A stretch of 64,000 bases of DNA from an uncultured Bacillota bacterium. GTDB taxonomy: Bacteria; Sysuimicrobiota; Sysuimicrobiia; Sysuimicrobiales; Segetimicrobiaceae. The stretch covers positions 96,001 through 160,000 of the forward strand of contig CAWDRG010000011.1 of the NCBI GenBank assembly GCA_963804645.1. Direction: 5' to 3'. Below, one piece after another: positions 9,777 through 20,275 of the stretch. The position numbers were made by a program, and so were the translations under genes. The notes under the pieces are model-generated. The model did not search any database. It was not told where the DNA came from and saw nothing but the letters and a program-made list of their open reading frames with translations. Position 1 is the first letter of the stretch, and every line of letters starts with the position of its first letter.

Positions 9777-10535
9777 TCAGCCCATGTAGCTTCCGCCGTT
9801 GACGTCGATCGTCACACCGGTCAGGTACGAGGAGTCGGGACCGGCCAAAAACCCGACGACGCGCGCCACGTCCTCGGCCGTGCCAAACCGTCCCAGGGGG
9901 ATGCGCGCGATAAAGCTCTGACGAAGCTCGGCGGACCAGTGGCGGGTCATCTCCGTCGCGATCGGCCCCGGCGCGACCGCGTTGACCCTGATCCCGCTGG
10001 GGCCGTAGTGCCTGGCCAGGGTCCGGGTCACCCCGACGATCCCGGCCTTACTCGCGGCGTAGTCGACGCCGGTGGCGATCCCCCCGACTCTCGCGGCGAT
10101 CGACGAGATGTTCACGATCGCCCCGTGCCCGCGGCGCACCATCCCCGGCAGGACGGCCTGCGTCACAAAGACGACGGTCTTCAAGTTGATGCCGACGGTG
10201 CGGTCCCACTGCTCCTCCGTCAGTTCCGGCGTCGGGACCTCGCTGATCACCCCGGCATTATTCACGAGAATGTCGAGCTGGCCGAACGCCGCGATCGCGG
10301 CCTCGACCATCGGCCCGACATTCCGAAGCTCCGAGAGATCGACCGCAAGGGCGACGGCCCTCCCGCCGGCGGCCTGCACAGCCCGTGCCGCGGCCTCCGC
10401 TTCCTGCGCGAGGCGATCCGCGATCACCACCGCGGCGCCGGCGCCGCTCAACAGATCCGCACACGCGCGCCCGATCCCGCGGGCCCCCCCGGTCACCAGC
10501 GCGACCTGCCCCGTCAACGCGCCGTCTGGAGCCAC
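9777..10535 (-). CDS. SDR family oxidoreductase (FabG-like)
   Basis: TGGARGIG, NNAG, YAASK, VNAVAPG; GTG after GAGGGGAGGG. Confidence 0.9.
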   Translation of the reverse strand: MAPDGALTGQVALVTGGARGIGRACADLLSGAGAAVVIADRLAQEAEAAARAVQAAGGRAVALAVDLSELRNVGPMVEAAIAAFGQLDILVNNAGVISEVPTPELTEEQWDRTVGINLKTVVFVTQAVLPGMVRRGHGAIVNISSIAARVGGIATGVDYAASKAGIVGVTRTLARHYGPSGIRVNAVAPGPIATEMTRHWSAELRQSFIARIPLGRFGTAEDVARVVGFLAGPDSSYLTGVTIDVNGGSYMG

Positions 10536-10703
10536 GCGGTCCCTCCCCTCGCCGTCCTGTCCCGCACGCACACGCCCGGTGCTCGACCGGAGCCGATCCA
10601 TTCGACCCCACGTCGGGACACCGGAGGATCGCTTCGCCGGCGCCACGAAACGTCCTGGAGCAGAGCCGCCGTCAAGGCCGCTCCGTCGTGAAGGGGGCGC
10701 GCC

Positions 10704-11744
10704 ATTTCCCGTCTTGAGTTTGGATTCTGCGTGCCGCTGTTTGCCAATCCCGGGGCGGCATTTTTCCGCACCCCGGCGTGGACTGCGCTCGACCCGGTCG
10801 CGGCGGTCGACGCCGCCGTCGCGGCGGAGCGTCTCGGGTACGACTCGGTGTGGGTCGCCGACCATTTGATGCACGGTCACGACGGCGGCATCCTGGAAGG
10901 CTGGACGACGCTGTCGGTCATCGCCGGTCGCACGAGCCGCGTGAAGCTCGGCCCGATTCACCTGGCCCAGCCGTTTCGCGCCCCCGCCCTCGCCGCCAAG
11001 ATGGCCGCCACGCTCGACGCGCTCTCCGGCGGCCGGCTCATCTTCTTCTACGACTGCGGCTGGCAGGAACCGGAGGTGCGCGCGTACGGCCTGCCGTGGC
11101 CGTCCGAGGAGGAGCGCATCGACCGGATGGAGGAAGGCCTTCGGCTGATCGATGCGCTCTGGCGCGCCGACGAGCCGCTCAACTTTGCCGGCACGTACTT
11201 TTCGACCGCGGGCGCGATCTGCCGCCCCCACCCGCTCCAGCAACCGCGGCCGCCGGTCTGGCTCGGCGAAGCCCGAACCGACCGCTGGCTCGACGCCATC
11301 TGCCGCCACGCCGACGGCTGGAACAGCACGCCGGCAAGCCTCCCCCGGCTCGAGGACAAGCTCGGCAAACTCCGGGCCGCCTGCGGCCGTGCCGGCCGGG
11401 ACCCCGCCGCACTCACGATCTCGCTCGAAACGCAGGTGCTGATCGCCCCCACCGAAGCGGACCTGCGGGCGCAGGCACGGGCGATCGCCGCGCTCCCGCC
11501 ATCGCCGCGCGGGGCCGTCCGCACCGACCTCGTGACGGCGCTGCACGGGAACGACCCGCGCCCGATGACCGAGCTCATGGACGGCTGGGTCGCCGGGACG
11601 CCCGAGCAGGTCGTCCAGCGGCTGCGCGCCTACGCCGGTCTCGGCGTGTCGCACTTCATGCTGTGGTTCTTGGACTTCCCGTCCCGCGCGGGGATGCAGC
11701 TGTTCGCCGAGCAGGTGATGCCGGCGCTGCGGACCGGCGCATGA
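10704..11744 (+). CDS. LLM-class flavin-dependent oxidoreductase; probable start ATT 10704, alternative GTG 10731
   Basis: EFGFCVP, AERLGYDSVWVADH, AKMAATLDALSGGR, PLQQPRPPVW, GTPEQV. Confidence 0.85.
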   Translation: MSRLEFGFCVPLFANPGAAFFRTPAWTALDPVAAVDAAVAAERLGYDSVWVADHLMHGHDGGILEGWTTLSVIAGRTSRVKLGPIHLAQPFRAPALAAKMAATLDALSGGRLIFFYDCGWQEPEVRAYGLPWPSEEERIDRMEEGLRLIDALWRADEPLNFAGTYFSTAGAICRPHPLQQPRPPVWLGEARTDRWLDAICRHADGWNSTPASLPRLEDKLGKLRAACGRAGRDPAALTISLETQVLIAPTEADLRAQARAIAALPPSPRGAVRTDLVTALHGNDPRPMTELMDGWVAGTPEQVVQRLRAYAGLGVSHFMLWFLDFPSRAGMQLFAEQVMPALRTGA

Positions 11745-12826
11745 GCGGGCGTCCGCGGGTCGTCTTGTGCTGCAATGCGACCGTGCGGGAGGAGTATGCC
11801 ACCGGCGAGGGCGTGGCCCGGCTCGAGGCCCTCGCCGACTGGGACTGGATCCGCTCCGAGGGCGTGTGCACGCGGCCGGGTGTCTGGGGGGGACCGTCCG
11901 AGGACCCGGCGGACGCGCAGCGGCTCAAGGAGCGCATCGGGGAGTGCGACGCCCTGATCGTGTGCCACGGGTCGCCGATGATCGACGCCGCGATGCTCGA
12001 CGCGGCGCCCCGGCTGCGGTTCATCGGCGAGCTCGAGGGCGACCGCTTCGCAAACCGGATCGATGTCGAGGCGGCCGCCGCGCGCGGCGTGCGCGTCGTG
12101 GACACCACCCACGGCTCGTCGCTGCCGGTTGCCGAATGGGCCCTCGGGCTGATGCTGCTCGGCCTGCGCAACGCGGCCGAGCACTACCGCCGTCTCATCG
12201 GGGGCGAGGAGTACCGCCGCGCGCGCACCGACTCGGGCTTTCGCAAGGGGGAGCTGACCGGCAGCACGGTCGGCCTCATCGGGCTCGGGCACATCGGGCG
12301 CCGCCTGCTCGAGCTGCTCGCGCCGTTCCGCTGCCGCGTGCTGGTGCACGATCCGTACGTGCCGAAAGAGCTCGCGCTCGCCGTCGGGGCCCAGCTCACC
12401 TCACTCGATCATGTGATGGCCGACGCCGAGGTCGTCGTCTGCTGCGCGCCGCTCACACCCGGGACCCGGCGCATGATCGGCGCCCGCGAGCTCGACCTGC
12501 TCCGGCCGGACGCCGTCTTCGTCAACGTCTCGCGCGGTCCGATCGTCGACCCCGACGCCCTCATCGCCCGGGCGCGGCTCGGGGACATCCGGGTCGCCCT
12601 CGACGTCTTCGATCCGGAGCCGATTCCAGCGGGGAGCGCGATCCGGACGCTGCCGAACGTCTTCCTCAGCCCGCACATCGCCGGCGTGACGGCGGAGTGC
12701 CGGCCGCGCTTCTTCAGCTTTATGGTGGACGAACTGGAGCGCTTCTTCGCCGGCCACGAAACGATGTTCGATCTCACGCCGCGCGTGCTCGCGAACCGCC
12801 GCGGCGGCCCGTCCCCGTCGTCGTAG
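11741..12826 (+). CDS. D-isomer-specific 2-hydroxyacid dehydrogenase family protein
   Basis: GLIGLGHIG, NVSRG, LDVFDPEP, SPHIAG; ATGA overlap with the upstream stop. Confidence 0.9.
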   Translation: MSGRPRVVLCCNATVREEYATGEGVARLEALADWDWIRSEGVCTRPGVWGGPSEDPADAQRLKERIGECDALIVCHGSPMIDAAMLDAAPRLRFIGELEGDRFANRIDVEAAAARGVRVVDTTHGSSLPVAEWALGLMLLGLRNAAEHYRRLIGGEEYRRARTDSGFRKGELTGSTVGLIGLGHIGRRLLELLAPFRCRVLVHDPYVPKELALAVGAQLTSLDHVMADAEVVVCCAPLTPGTRRMIGARELDLLRPDAVFVNVSRGPIVDPDALIARARLGDIRVALDVFDPEPIPAGSAIRTLPNVFLSPHIAGVTAECRPRFFSFMVDELERFFAGHETMFDLTPRVLANRRGGPSPSS

Positions 12827-12862
12827 CGGGCCGGGTCCGCGCCGCTCCCTCCTCGACCCGCG

Positions 12863-13693
12863 TCAGCCCTTCAGTCCGGTCATCGTCACGCCTTCCACGA
12901 AGAACCGCTGCCCGAACGCGTACAGGAGAAAGATCGGCAGCAGGGACAGCGCGACCGCGGCCATGAGGATGTGCAGCTCCGAGTTCATCTGTCCGGAGAG
13001 CTCGGCAATCACGAGGGTCACGGGCCGGAGCTCCTGCGACTGGATGACGATCAGCGGCCACAGGTACATGTTCCAGGCGGTCAGCGCGGTGATCACGCTG
13101 TACGCCGTCAGCGCCGGCTTGGACAGCGGCAGGTAGAGCTGCCAGTACACCCGGAACGGGCTCGCGCCGTCGACCGTCGCGGCGTCGGCGAGGTCCTCCG
13201 GAATCGTCAAGAAGAACTGGCGGAACAGGAACGTCCCGAACGCGCCGTTCGCGAGGATCGGTACGATCAGCCCCGGATAGGTGTCCTGCCAGTGGAGCCG
13301 CACCACGATCAGGAACGTCGGGATCATCGTGACGACGAAGGGGATCATCATCGTCCCGAGATATGTGAGAAACAGCAGGTCGCGGCCGGGGAACCGCAGC
13401 CGGGCGAACGCGAACCCCCCCATCGTAGTCACGAGGCCTTGGCCGACCACCACGGTCCCCGCGAAGATGGCCGAGTTCAGAAACGACCGCAGCGTCAGCC
13501 GGTCCAGCGCGTCGGGATAGTTGGACCACATGATCGGGTTGGGAATCCAGCGCGGCGGGTACAGGAACACCTGTGAGGCGGGTTTCAGCGACATCGACAG
13601 CATGTACAGGAGCGGGACGACCATGAGAAACGCACCGGCCACCAGCACCGCGTACAAGAGGCCCCTGCCCCCGCGCGCCCGCAGTGCTTCCAT
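12863..13693 (-). CDS. Carbohydrate ABC transporter permease (MalG-like)
   Basis: FLFRQFFLTIPEDLADAATVDGAS EAA-type loop, WNMYLWP. Confidence 0.92.
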   Translation of the reverse strand: MEALRARGGRGLLYAVLVAGAFLMVVPLLYMLSMSLKPASQVFLYPPRWIPNPIMWSNYPDALDRLTLRSFLNSAIFAGTVVVGQGLVTTMGGFAFARLRFPGRDLLFLTYLGTMMIPFVVTMIPTFLIVVRLHWQDTYPGLIVPILANGAFGTFLFRQFFLTIPEDLADAATVDGASPFRVYWQLYLPLSKPALTAYSVITALTAWNMYLWPLIVIQSQELRPVTLVIAELSGQMNSELHILMAAVALSLLPIFLLYAFGQRFFVEGVTMTGLKG

Positions 13694-14613
13694 CAGTAGT
13701 GCACCCAATAGCGCTGCAGCGCCCACAGCCCGGCCGTGAAGCTCAGCACCACGACGAACAGCACGTAGGCCATCGCGGACGCGTACCCCATCTGGAAGTA
13801 CACAAACGCGGTGCGCCAGATATTGTACACCATGACGTTGGAACTCTCGAGCGGGCCGCCTTGGGTCATCACGCTCACCATGTCGAACGTCCCCAAGAGC
13901 AGGTTGATCGCGGTCACGATGAGGACGAAGAACGTCGTCGGCGTCACGAGCGGCCACACGATGTGCCGGAACACGGCCCAGGCACCGGCCCCGTCGATCC
14001 GCGCCGCCTCGTACAGCGTCCGGGGGACGCTTTGGAGCGCGGCCAGATAGAAGATCGTGTTGAGCGGCACGCGGTTCCAGATCGCGGTCAGGATCAGGGA
14101 CGGCATCACGAGCCGCTGATTGAACAGCCAATCCTGCGGCGACACCCCGAAGAGGCCGACCACCTCGTTGAACGCGCCGAACTGCTTCGCGAACGCCCAC
14201 TTGAAAATCGTCGCGGTCACCACCGCCGAGGTCACGAGCGGCAGGAAGTAGAGGCTCCGGAACCATCCCATCCCGCGCAGCGGCGCGTTCAGCAGCACGG
14301 CCAGCCCCAGCGGCAGCAGGACGGTGACCGGCAGCGTCCCGGCGACAAAATACGCCGAGTTACCCACCACTTTGGGCGTCAGGGGGTCGGTGAACAGAAA
14401 ATGCGAGTAGTTCCCGAGGCCGATGAACTTCGGCGGCTCGATCATGTTCCAGTTGAAGAAGCTGGCCCCCAACCCGAACAGGACGGGGAAAAACATGAAG
14501 CCCAGGCACAGCAGGAGGTTCGGCCCGAGGAACACCAGCGCCCACAGCCACTCGCGCCGCCGCCGCCCGGACGCGGGCCGTGCCCGTACCCGGACGACGG
14601 TTGCCTCTACCAT
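13693..14613 (-). CDS. Carbohydrate ABC transporter permease (MalF-like)
   Basis: FIGLGNY, LYEAARIDGAG, GGPLES, MGYASA. Confidence 0.92.
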   Translation of the reverse strand: MVEATVVRVRARPASGRRRREWLWALVFLGPNLLLCLGFMFFPVLFGLGASFFNWNMIEPPKFIGLGNYSHFLFTDPLTPKVVGNSAYFVAGTLPVTVLLPLGLAVLLNAPLRGMGWFRSLYFLPLVTSAVVTATIFKWAFAKQFGAFNEVVGLFGVSPQDWLFNQRLVMPSLILTAIWNRVPLNTIFYLAALQSVPRTLYEAARIDGAGAWAVFRHIVWPLVTPTTFFVLIVTAINLLLGTFDMVSVMTQGGPLESSNVMVYNIWRTAFVYFQMGYASAMAYVLFVVVLSFTAGLWALQRYWVHY

Positions 14614-14648
14614 GTCAGCCGCTCTCGTGGCCCGCGACCCTGCGATGG

Positions 14649-16061
14649 CTAGCTTGGTTTCAGGGTCTTCAGGACGTTGTTCAGCGCGGTGTTGATGCTT
14701 CCGGCCACCTGTTCCGGCGTCGCCTGGTTGAGCGTGATCGCCGTCAGCCCGTTGGTCACCGCCTCGCGGAACTCGCCGGTCGAATAGAACGGCAGCCGCG
14801 GCGGCGTGATCCCGTACTTGAACGAATCGACGAACACGGCGTTGTCGTACGGAGGACCCGGAAGATCCCGCCAGAACGGGCTGTTGTAATAGCGCTTCTC
14901 CGCCGGGACGGTGCCGTAGGACGCGGTCATGATCCGCATCCCCTGGTCGCCGTACATGAACTCCAAGAACGCCCACGCGGCGTCTGGGTTCTTGGCCTTG
15001 GTCGTGAGCGCGTAGCCGACGGTGCCCTCGCCGGTCACCCGGCGCACCCGCCCCTTCGGGAAGTGCATGACGTCGAAGTCGTCCTTGAGGTCGGCCCGCA
15101 GCGTCGTGCACCAGAGCCGCTGGAGGGGACAGATCGCCGCCCGGCCCGCCGCAAACACGGTGCCCGAGTTTGACATCGTCTGGAGGACCGTCAGCGGCGC
15201 CCACCACCCGGCCTTGATCGGATCGGTGAGCTTCCGGATCGCCTCGATCCCCTCGGGGGTGTCGATCTCGGAGTGGGACAGATCGCGCGACACGATGTTG
15301 CCGCCCTCGGAGACGATCATCGGCACGTACGTGTACCATTGGTCGACGGACATGGCGGCCCCATACACCGCGACGTTGTCCTTGTCGAACCCGGCCTCAT
15401 CGCCACGCCGGCCCTTGGTGTCGACGGTGAGACGTCGGCACATCGCCAGATACTCGTCCCACGTCCACTTGTTGGGCTCCTTCGAGGGATCGAAATGCGG
15501 CACCGTCACGCCGCCTTCTTTCGCCATCCGCAAGTTCACGTACGGGACGATGATGTCGCCTTCTTTCGGGAGCATGTGCAGCTGGCCGTCCACCATGCCG
15601 AGATTGAGGAAGGTGGGATCGAAGTCCAGGTACGGGAACCCCGTCTTCTTGGCGAACGGGATCATGTCGCGCGTGATGCCGGCCCGCTTGAACGGCGCCG
15701 CAAAGTTGTCGTTGGTCTGGACGATGTCCGGCAGCGTCCCGGCGACCAGGTAGGTCAGCAGCTTCTGGTCGTACGCCACGTTCGATTCGGCGGTGATCTT
15801 CACGGTGATGTTGGGATTGGACTCGGTAAACCGCGACCCCAGTGCCTGGTAAATCTTGACGTCGGCTGGGTTGGTTTGGGTCGTCAGGAACGTCACCTCG
15901 TACTTTTGACCCGCGGGCACCGGCGAACTGGACGCGGCGGCCAGCTTGGTCTGACCGCTGGCGGACCTCCTCGGCCACGTCGACAGCACGGCTCCTGCGG
16001 CACCCGCAAGACCGGCCTTCAGCACCTTTCTACGGCTCAACACGGAGCGCGATCGGCGCAT
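14649..16061 (-). CDS. Sugar ABC transporter substrate-binding protein, Tat-exported
   Basis: SRRKVLK twin-arginine signal, LPDIV, WTWDEY, KNPDAAWAFLEF. Confidence 0.88.
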   Translation of the reverse strand: MRRSRSVLSRRKVLKAGLAGAAGAVLSTWPRRSASGQTKLAAASSSPVPAGQKYEVTFLTTQTNPADVKIYQALGSRFTESNPNITVKITAESNVAYDQKLLTYLVAGTLPDIVQTNDNFAAPFKRAGITRDMIPFAKKTGFPYLDFDPTFLNLGMVDGQLHMLPKEGDIIVPYVNLRMAKEGGVTVPHFDPSKEPNKWTWDEYLAMCRRLTVDTKGRRGDEAGFDKDNVAVYGAAMSVDQWYTYVPMIVSEGGNIVSRDLSHSEIDTPEGIEAIRKLTDPIKAGWWAPLTVLQTMSNSGTVFAAGRAAICPLQRLWCTTLRADLKDDFDVMHFPKGRVRRVTGEGTVGYALTTKAKNPDAAWAFLEFMYGDQGMRIMTASYGTVPAEKRYYNSPFWRDLPGPPYDNAVFVDSFKYGITPPRLPFYSTGEFREAVTNGLTAITLNQATPEQVAGSINTALNNVLKTLKPS

Positions 16062-16238
16062 ACCAGCCCTCCCATGGCGCGTCTAGGCACAGGGCGGCGG
16101 ATTCTTCAGTTCGGAAGGAACCTCCTGCACGCCCAACTGGGCACCCCTCCGGGCGGGGCCGCGGCGAGAGGTGCTGGAGGAGTGCGCAACGAGGGCAACG
16201 CATTCTCAGGTAGCCGTTCCACGACGCGGAGGAACCGG

Positions 16239-17543
16239 ATGGAGCAGATCGATCTGGCGATCGTCGGCTGCGGAGGCATGGGCACGCGGCACCTCTACGG
16301 GGTCACGGAGCACGGGGCGACCGCGGGCGCGCTGCGCAGCATCCCGGCGTTCCGGATCGCGGCGCTGTGCGACCCCAACGAGCGCAACGCGAACCTCTTG
16401 GCCGAAACCGCCGCGGCTGAACTGGGCACGCGGCCGCGCGTGTACCCGACCCTCGATGCACTGCTTGAGGGATCCCCGGAGGTGGCGGCCGTCGACATCA
16501 CGACCGAGCCGCACCTCCACCATCCGCTCGTCTGTCGGGCGCTCGACGCCGGCAAGCACGTCCTGGTCGAAAAGCCCCTCGCGCTCACCGTCACCGGCTG
16601 CAATCAGATGATCGACGCCGCCGCCCGCGCAGGACGCGTGCTGGCGGTGGCAGAGAACTACCGGCGCGACCCGCTGGTCCGGCTGACACGCGCCCTGCTC
16701 GACGCCGGTGCCGTCGGCGATCCGTGGATGCTGGTCGATGCCAGCGTCGGGAACGGGGGCCAGATCGTGATCACCCCGTGGAGACACCGCCGGGCCCGGG
16801 GCTGCACGCTGCTGGACGTGGGCGTCCACAACGTCGACCTGATGCTGTACTACTTTGGCCCGATCCAGCGCGTGTACGCGGAACTGGCCCAGTTCGACCG
16901 GGTGCGCCGCCGCGACACGGGCTCCGGGGGCGGCGACGGTGGCGACCGGGGCAGCATCCGCGCGATCTACGCCGCCACCAGCCCGGACATGCCGGCCGAG
17001 GTCACCCCGGACGTCGAGGACAGCGCCGTCGCCTCGCTGCGCTTCCACAACGGCGCCGTGGGAGACTGGATGCTCAGCCACGCCGGCCACGGGCAGAGCT
17101 GGCGCAAGAAGGCGCTGTACGGGAGCCGCGGGTCGATTGAGCCCGCGCCGCCGCGCAGCGGGCGCGGACCGAAGGTGTTCGTGGACGGCCGCCGCGAGGC
17201 GCTGCCGGACGAGGAGCTCCTCGCGATTGCGAAGGGGTTCGCGGTCGACGAGGGCACGGCCCACCTCTTCGGCGGCACCCGCCTGACCCAGTACACGTTC
17301 GAGTACGCCGCGATCGATCGCAAGATCACCGCGACGGTCCTCGGCGACTTCGCCCGCGCGATCGCCGCCGGGACCCCGCCGGAGGTGGGCGGCGCGGAAG
17401 CCCGCCACGGCGTCGCCGTGGTCAACGCGTTGTTTGAGTCGGCCGCGCTCCGCCGACCGGTCCTGGTGGCCGACGTCGAGCGCGGCGACCCCGCGGTGTC
17501 GTCGTGGCAGCGCGATCTGGATCGCGAACTGGGCCGGGCGTAG
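16239..17543 (+). CDS. Gfo/Idh/MocA family oxidoreductase
   Basis: IVGCGGMG, GKHVLVEKP, DVGVH; ATG after GGAGG. Confidence 0.9.
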   Translation: MEQIDLAIVGCGGMGTRHLYGVTEHGATAGALRSIPAFRIAALCDPNERNANLLAETAAAELGTRPRVYPTLDALLEGSPEVAAVDITTEPHLHHPLVCRALDAGKHVLVEKPLALTVTGCNQMIDAAARAGRVLAVAENYRRDPLVRLTRALLDAGAVGDPWMLVDASVGNGGQIVITPWRHRRARGCTLLDVGVHNVDLMLYYFGPIQRVYAELAQFDRVRRRDTGSGGGDGGDRGSIRAIYAATSPDMPAEVTPDVEDSAVASLRFHNGAVGDWMLSHAGHGQSWRKKALYGSRGSIEPAPPRSGRGPKVFVDGRREALPDEELLAIAKGFAVDEGTAHLFGGTRLTQYTFEYAAIDRKITATVLGDFARAIAAGTPPEVGGAEARHGVAVVNALFESAALRRPVLVADVERGDPAVSSWQRDLDRELGRA

Positions 17544-17546
17544 GCG

Positions 17547-18419
17547 ATGACCCCGCCGGTGATGCGTCTCGGCTTCAGCGCCTGGGCGATGCAGGAGCGG
17601 CCCGTGGCCGAGCAGATCGAGATCGTCCGGACGACGGGGTACGCGAGCATCACGCTCGTCTCGGGTGCCGACCTGGGGCTCGACGCACTGACCGCGAATG
17701 CGGGGGAGCGGCGCCGCATCCGCGAGCGCCTCGACCGCGCGGCGCTCGAACTGTCGGCGATTACCGGCCACGCGGACCCGCTCGCGGCGGAGCCGGCACG
17801 CCGGGAGGCCAGCCGGACACGCATCCGCGCGACGATCGATCTCGCCGCGGACCTCGCCGGCCCTGGCGGCCCGCCCTGCGTCGTCACCATGGGGCGCGGC
17901 ACACCGGAGCAGTACGCGCAGGAGCGGGGCGCCCTGGCGGACGCGTTCGGGGAGCTGGCGGCCCACGCGCGCACCCGCGGCGTGGTGGTCGCGCTCGAGC
18001 CGCACGTCGGGCAGATGATCGACCGGCCCGAGCGGGTCGCCTGGCTCGTGGAGGCGGTCAGCTCCCCGCATTTTCGCTTGAACTTCGACAACAGTCACTT
18101 CGAAGTGATGGGATACGACCTGGCCGACTATCTCCCGCAGCTCCTGCCCTACGCCGTGCACACGGAACTGAAGGACCAGCGCGGCCGCTTTCCGGCACAC
18201 GAGTTTCTCGTCCCGGGCGAGGGCGAATTTGACTACGCCCGGTACCTCGGCGCGATGGAGCGCGCGGGCTATCGGGGCTGCATCACGGTGGAGATCAGCA
18301 AGATGGTCCAGCGCCGGCCGGGCTACGACCCGCGCGAGGTGGCGGCGCGCTCGTTCCGGACGCTGACCGACGCCGCGGCCCGCGCCGGAGTCTCCCTGAT
18401 CACAGGCCAGGCGGCGTGA
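17547..18419 (+). CDS. Sugar phosphate isomerase/epimerase (xylose isomerase-like TIM barrel)
   Basis: ALEPH, NFDNSH, HTELKD, PGEG, ITVE metal motifs. Confidence 0.88.
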   Translation: MTPPVMRLGFSAWAMQERPVAEQIEIVRTTGYASITLVSGADLGLDALTANAGERRRIRERLDRAALELSAITGHADPLAAEPARREASRTRIRATIDLAADLAGPGGPPCVVTMGRGTPEQYAQERGALADAFGELAAHARTRGVVVALEPHVGQMIDRPERVAWLVEAVSSPHFRLNFDNSHFEVMGYDLADYLPQLLPYAVHTELKDQRGRFPAHEFLVPGEGEFDYARYLGAMERAGYRGCITVEISKMVQRRPGYDPREVAARSFRTLTDAAARAGVSLITGQAA

Positions 18420-18482
18420 GCCGCGCCGCCCCGCCCGGCACCGACGGCGTCGCGCCCGGTCTGCAGTGCGCCCGCGGCCGAG

Positions 18483-19328
18483 CTAGGTGACCACGCCCGA
18501 CCGCGCGCGCGGATCGAGCACCTCCCGCGCCCCGTCCCCGACAAGATTTGCCGCCAGCACCGTCAGCATGATCGCCAGGCCGGGAAACGTCGCGAGCCAC
18601 CACGCGGTCGCGAGGTAGTCGCGTCCCTCGCTCAGCATCCCGCCCCAACTGGGCGCCGGGGGCTGCACGCCGAGCCCGAGAAAGCTCAGCGCCGCCTCGA
18701 AGATGATCATCAGCCCAACCTCCAGCGTGGCCACGACGATGATCGGGGAGAGCACGTTCGGCAGGAGATGCCGGACGAGGATCCGGCCGTCGCTCGCGCC
18801 GAGCGCGCGCTCAGCGTGGACGAACTCCTGCTCCCGCACCGCGAGCGTCTGCGCGTACGTCACGCGGGCGTAGCGCGGCCACCGGGTGCACCCGAGGACC
18901 AAGATCAAGTTGGTGAAGCTCGGGCCGAGGACAGCGACGGTCGCGATCGCCAGCAGCAGAAACGGCACCGACAGGATCACGTCGGCGAGACGCATCAGCA
19001 CCGCATCCACCACGCCCCGATAGTACGCGCTCAGCACGCCGGCGAGCACGCCGGTGAGCCCGGCCATCCCGACGGCGACGAACGCGACCGTGAGCGACAC
19101 GCGCGCCCCGTAGATGATGCGGGAGAGTACGTCGCGGCCGAGCGAGTCCGTGCCGAGCAGAAAGGTGGCGCCGTGGGCGGCGGTCCCCGGCGGCATCAAA
19201 CGCCGCAGCAGGTCCTGGTGGAGGGGATCGTGCGGCGCAAGGAGCGGCGCGGCGATCGCGCTCAGGCCGACCGCCGCCAACAGGAGGGCCCCGCCGAGGC
19301 CCTGGACGCGCAGCGGACGCCGCGGCAT
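18483..19328 (-). CDS. Peptide/nickel ABC permease (DppC-like)
   Basis: [23 protein letters not shown]. Confidence 0.92.
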   Translation of the reverse strand: MPRRPLRVQGLGGALLLAAVGLSAIAAPLLAPHDPLHQDLLRRLMPPGTAAHGATFLLGTDSLGRDVLSRIIYGARVSLTVAFVAVGMAGLTGVLAGVLSAYYRGVVDAVLMRLADVILSVPFLLLAIATVAVLGPSFTNLILVLGCTRWPRYARVTYAQTLAVREQEFVHAERALGASDGRILVRHLLPNVLSPIIVVATLEVGLMIIFEAALSFLGLGVQPPAPSWGGMLSEGRDYLATAWWLATFPGLAIMLTVLAANLVGDGAREVLDPRARSGVVT

Positions 19329-19335
19329 CGGCCCC

Positions 19336-20253
19336 TTACCCCAACTGGATCCGGGGATCGGCGACACTGTACAGTACGTCCGCGAGAAGGCTCGCGAGGA
19401 CGAACACGACGGAACCGACCAGGACCGCGGCCTGGACGAGCGTGTAGTCGCGTGCCGCGATCGCGTCGAGCAGGAGCCGCCCGAGCCCCGGCCACGCGAA
19501 GACGCTCTCCGTGATCACCGCCCCGCCGAGCAGGTTGGCCACCTCGATGGCGACCACCGTGATCACGGGGATCGCGGCGTTGCGGAGGAGGTGCCGCACG
19601 GTGACCCGGCCGCGCGAGGCGCCCTTCGCGCGCGCGGTGCGCACGTAGTCCTTCGTCGTTTCCTCGAGCACCGCCGCCCGGACCATGCGCGCAAACGTGG
19701 CGGCCGGCAGCGCCGCGAGCGTCACCGCCGGCAGCACGAGGTGCGACCAGCCGCCGGTGCCCGAGGGGGGCAGCCAGCGGAACTGGACCGCGAACAGCAT
19801 GATGAGGAGGAGCCCGAGCCAGAAGGCCGGCATCGCCTGGCCGAGCAGGGTCATCGCCAGCACGGCCCGGTCGAAACCGCCGCCGCGCGCGAGCGCCGCC
19901 GGAATCCCAATGCCGAGCCCGACCGCCAGCGCGACCACGAGCGCGGTGCCCGCGAGTTCGGCCGTCGCGGGGAACCGCTGCGCGATGACCGTCATCGCGG
20001 GCTCATCCTGCCAGAGCGAGTCTCCGAGATCCCCGTGCGCCAGGTGCCACACGAACGCGCCGTACTGGACCGGCAGCGGGCGGTCGAACCCGAGCTGGTG
20101 GCGGAGGCGCACGATCGCGGACAGGGGCGCGCCCTGGGGCACCATCAGCAGCGTGGGATCCCCGGACAGATGCAGCACCACGAACACCAGGCTCGCGACG
20201 CCCCACACCACGAGCACCGCCTGCGCGAGGCGCAGCAGCAGAAAACGCAGCAT
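19336..20253 (-). CDS. Peptide/nickel ABC permease (DppB-like)
   Basis: DYVRTARAKG, GGAVITESVFAWPGLG, DPRI. Confidence 0.92.
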   Translation of the reverse strand: MLRFLLLRLAQAVLVVWGVASLVFVVLHLSGDPTLLMVPQGAPLSAIVRLRHQLGFDRPLPVQYGAFVWHLAHGDLGDSLWQDEPAMTVIAQRFPATAELAGTALVVALAVGLGIGIPAALARGGGFDRAVLAMTLLGQAMPAFWLGLLLIMLFAVQFRWLPPSGTGGWSHLVLPAVTLAALPAATFARMVRAAVLEETTKDYVRTARAKGASRGRVTVRHLLRNAAIPVITVVAIEVANLLGGAVITESVFAWPGLGRLLLDAIAARDYTLVQAAVLVGSVVFVLASLLADVLYSVADPRIQLG

Positions 20254-20275
20254 GGACCCCGCTACGCGGGCCGGG

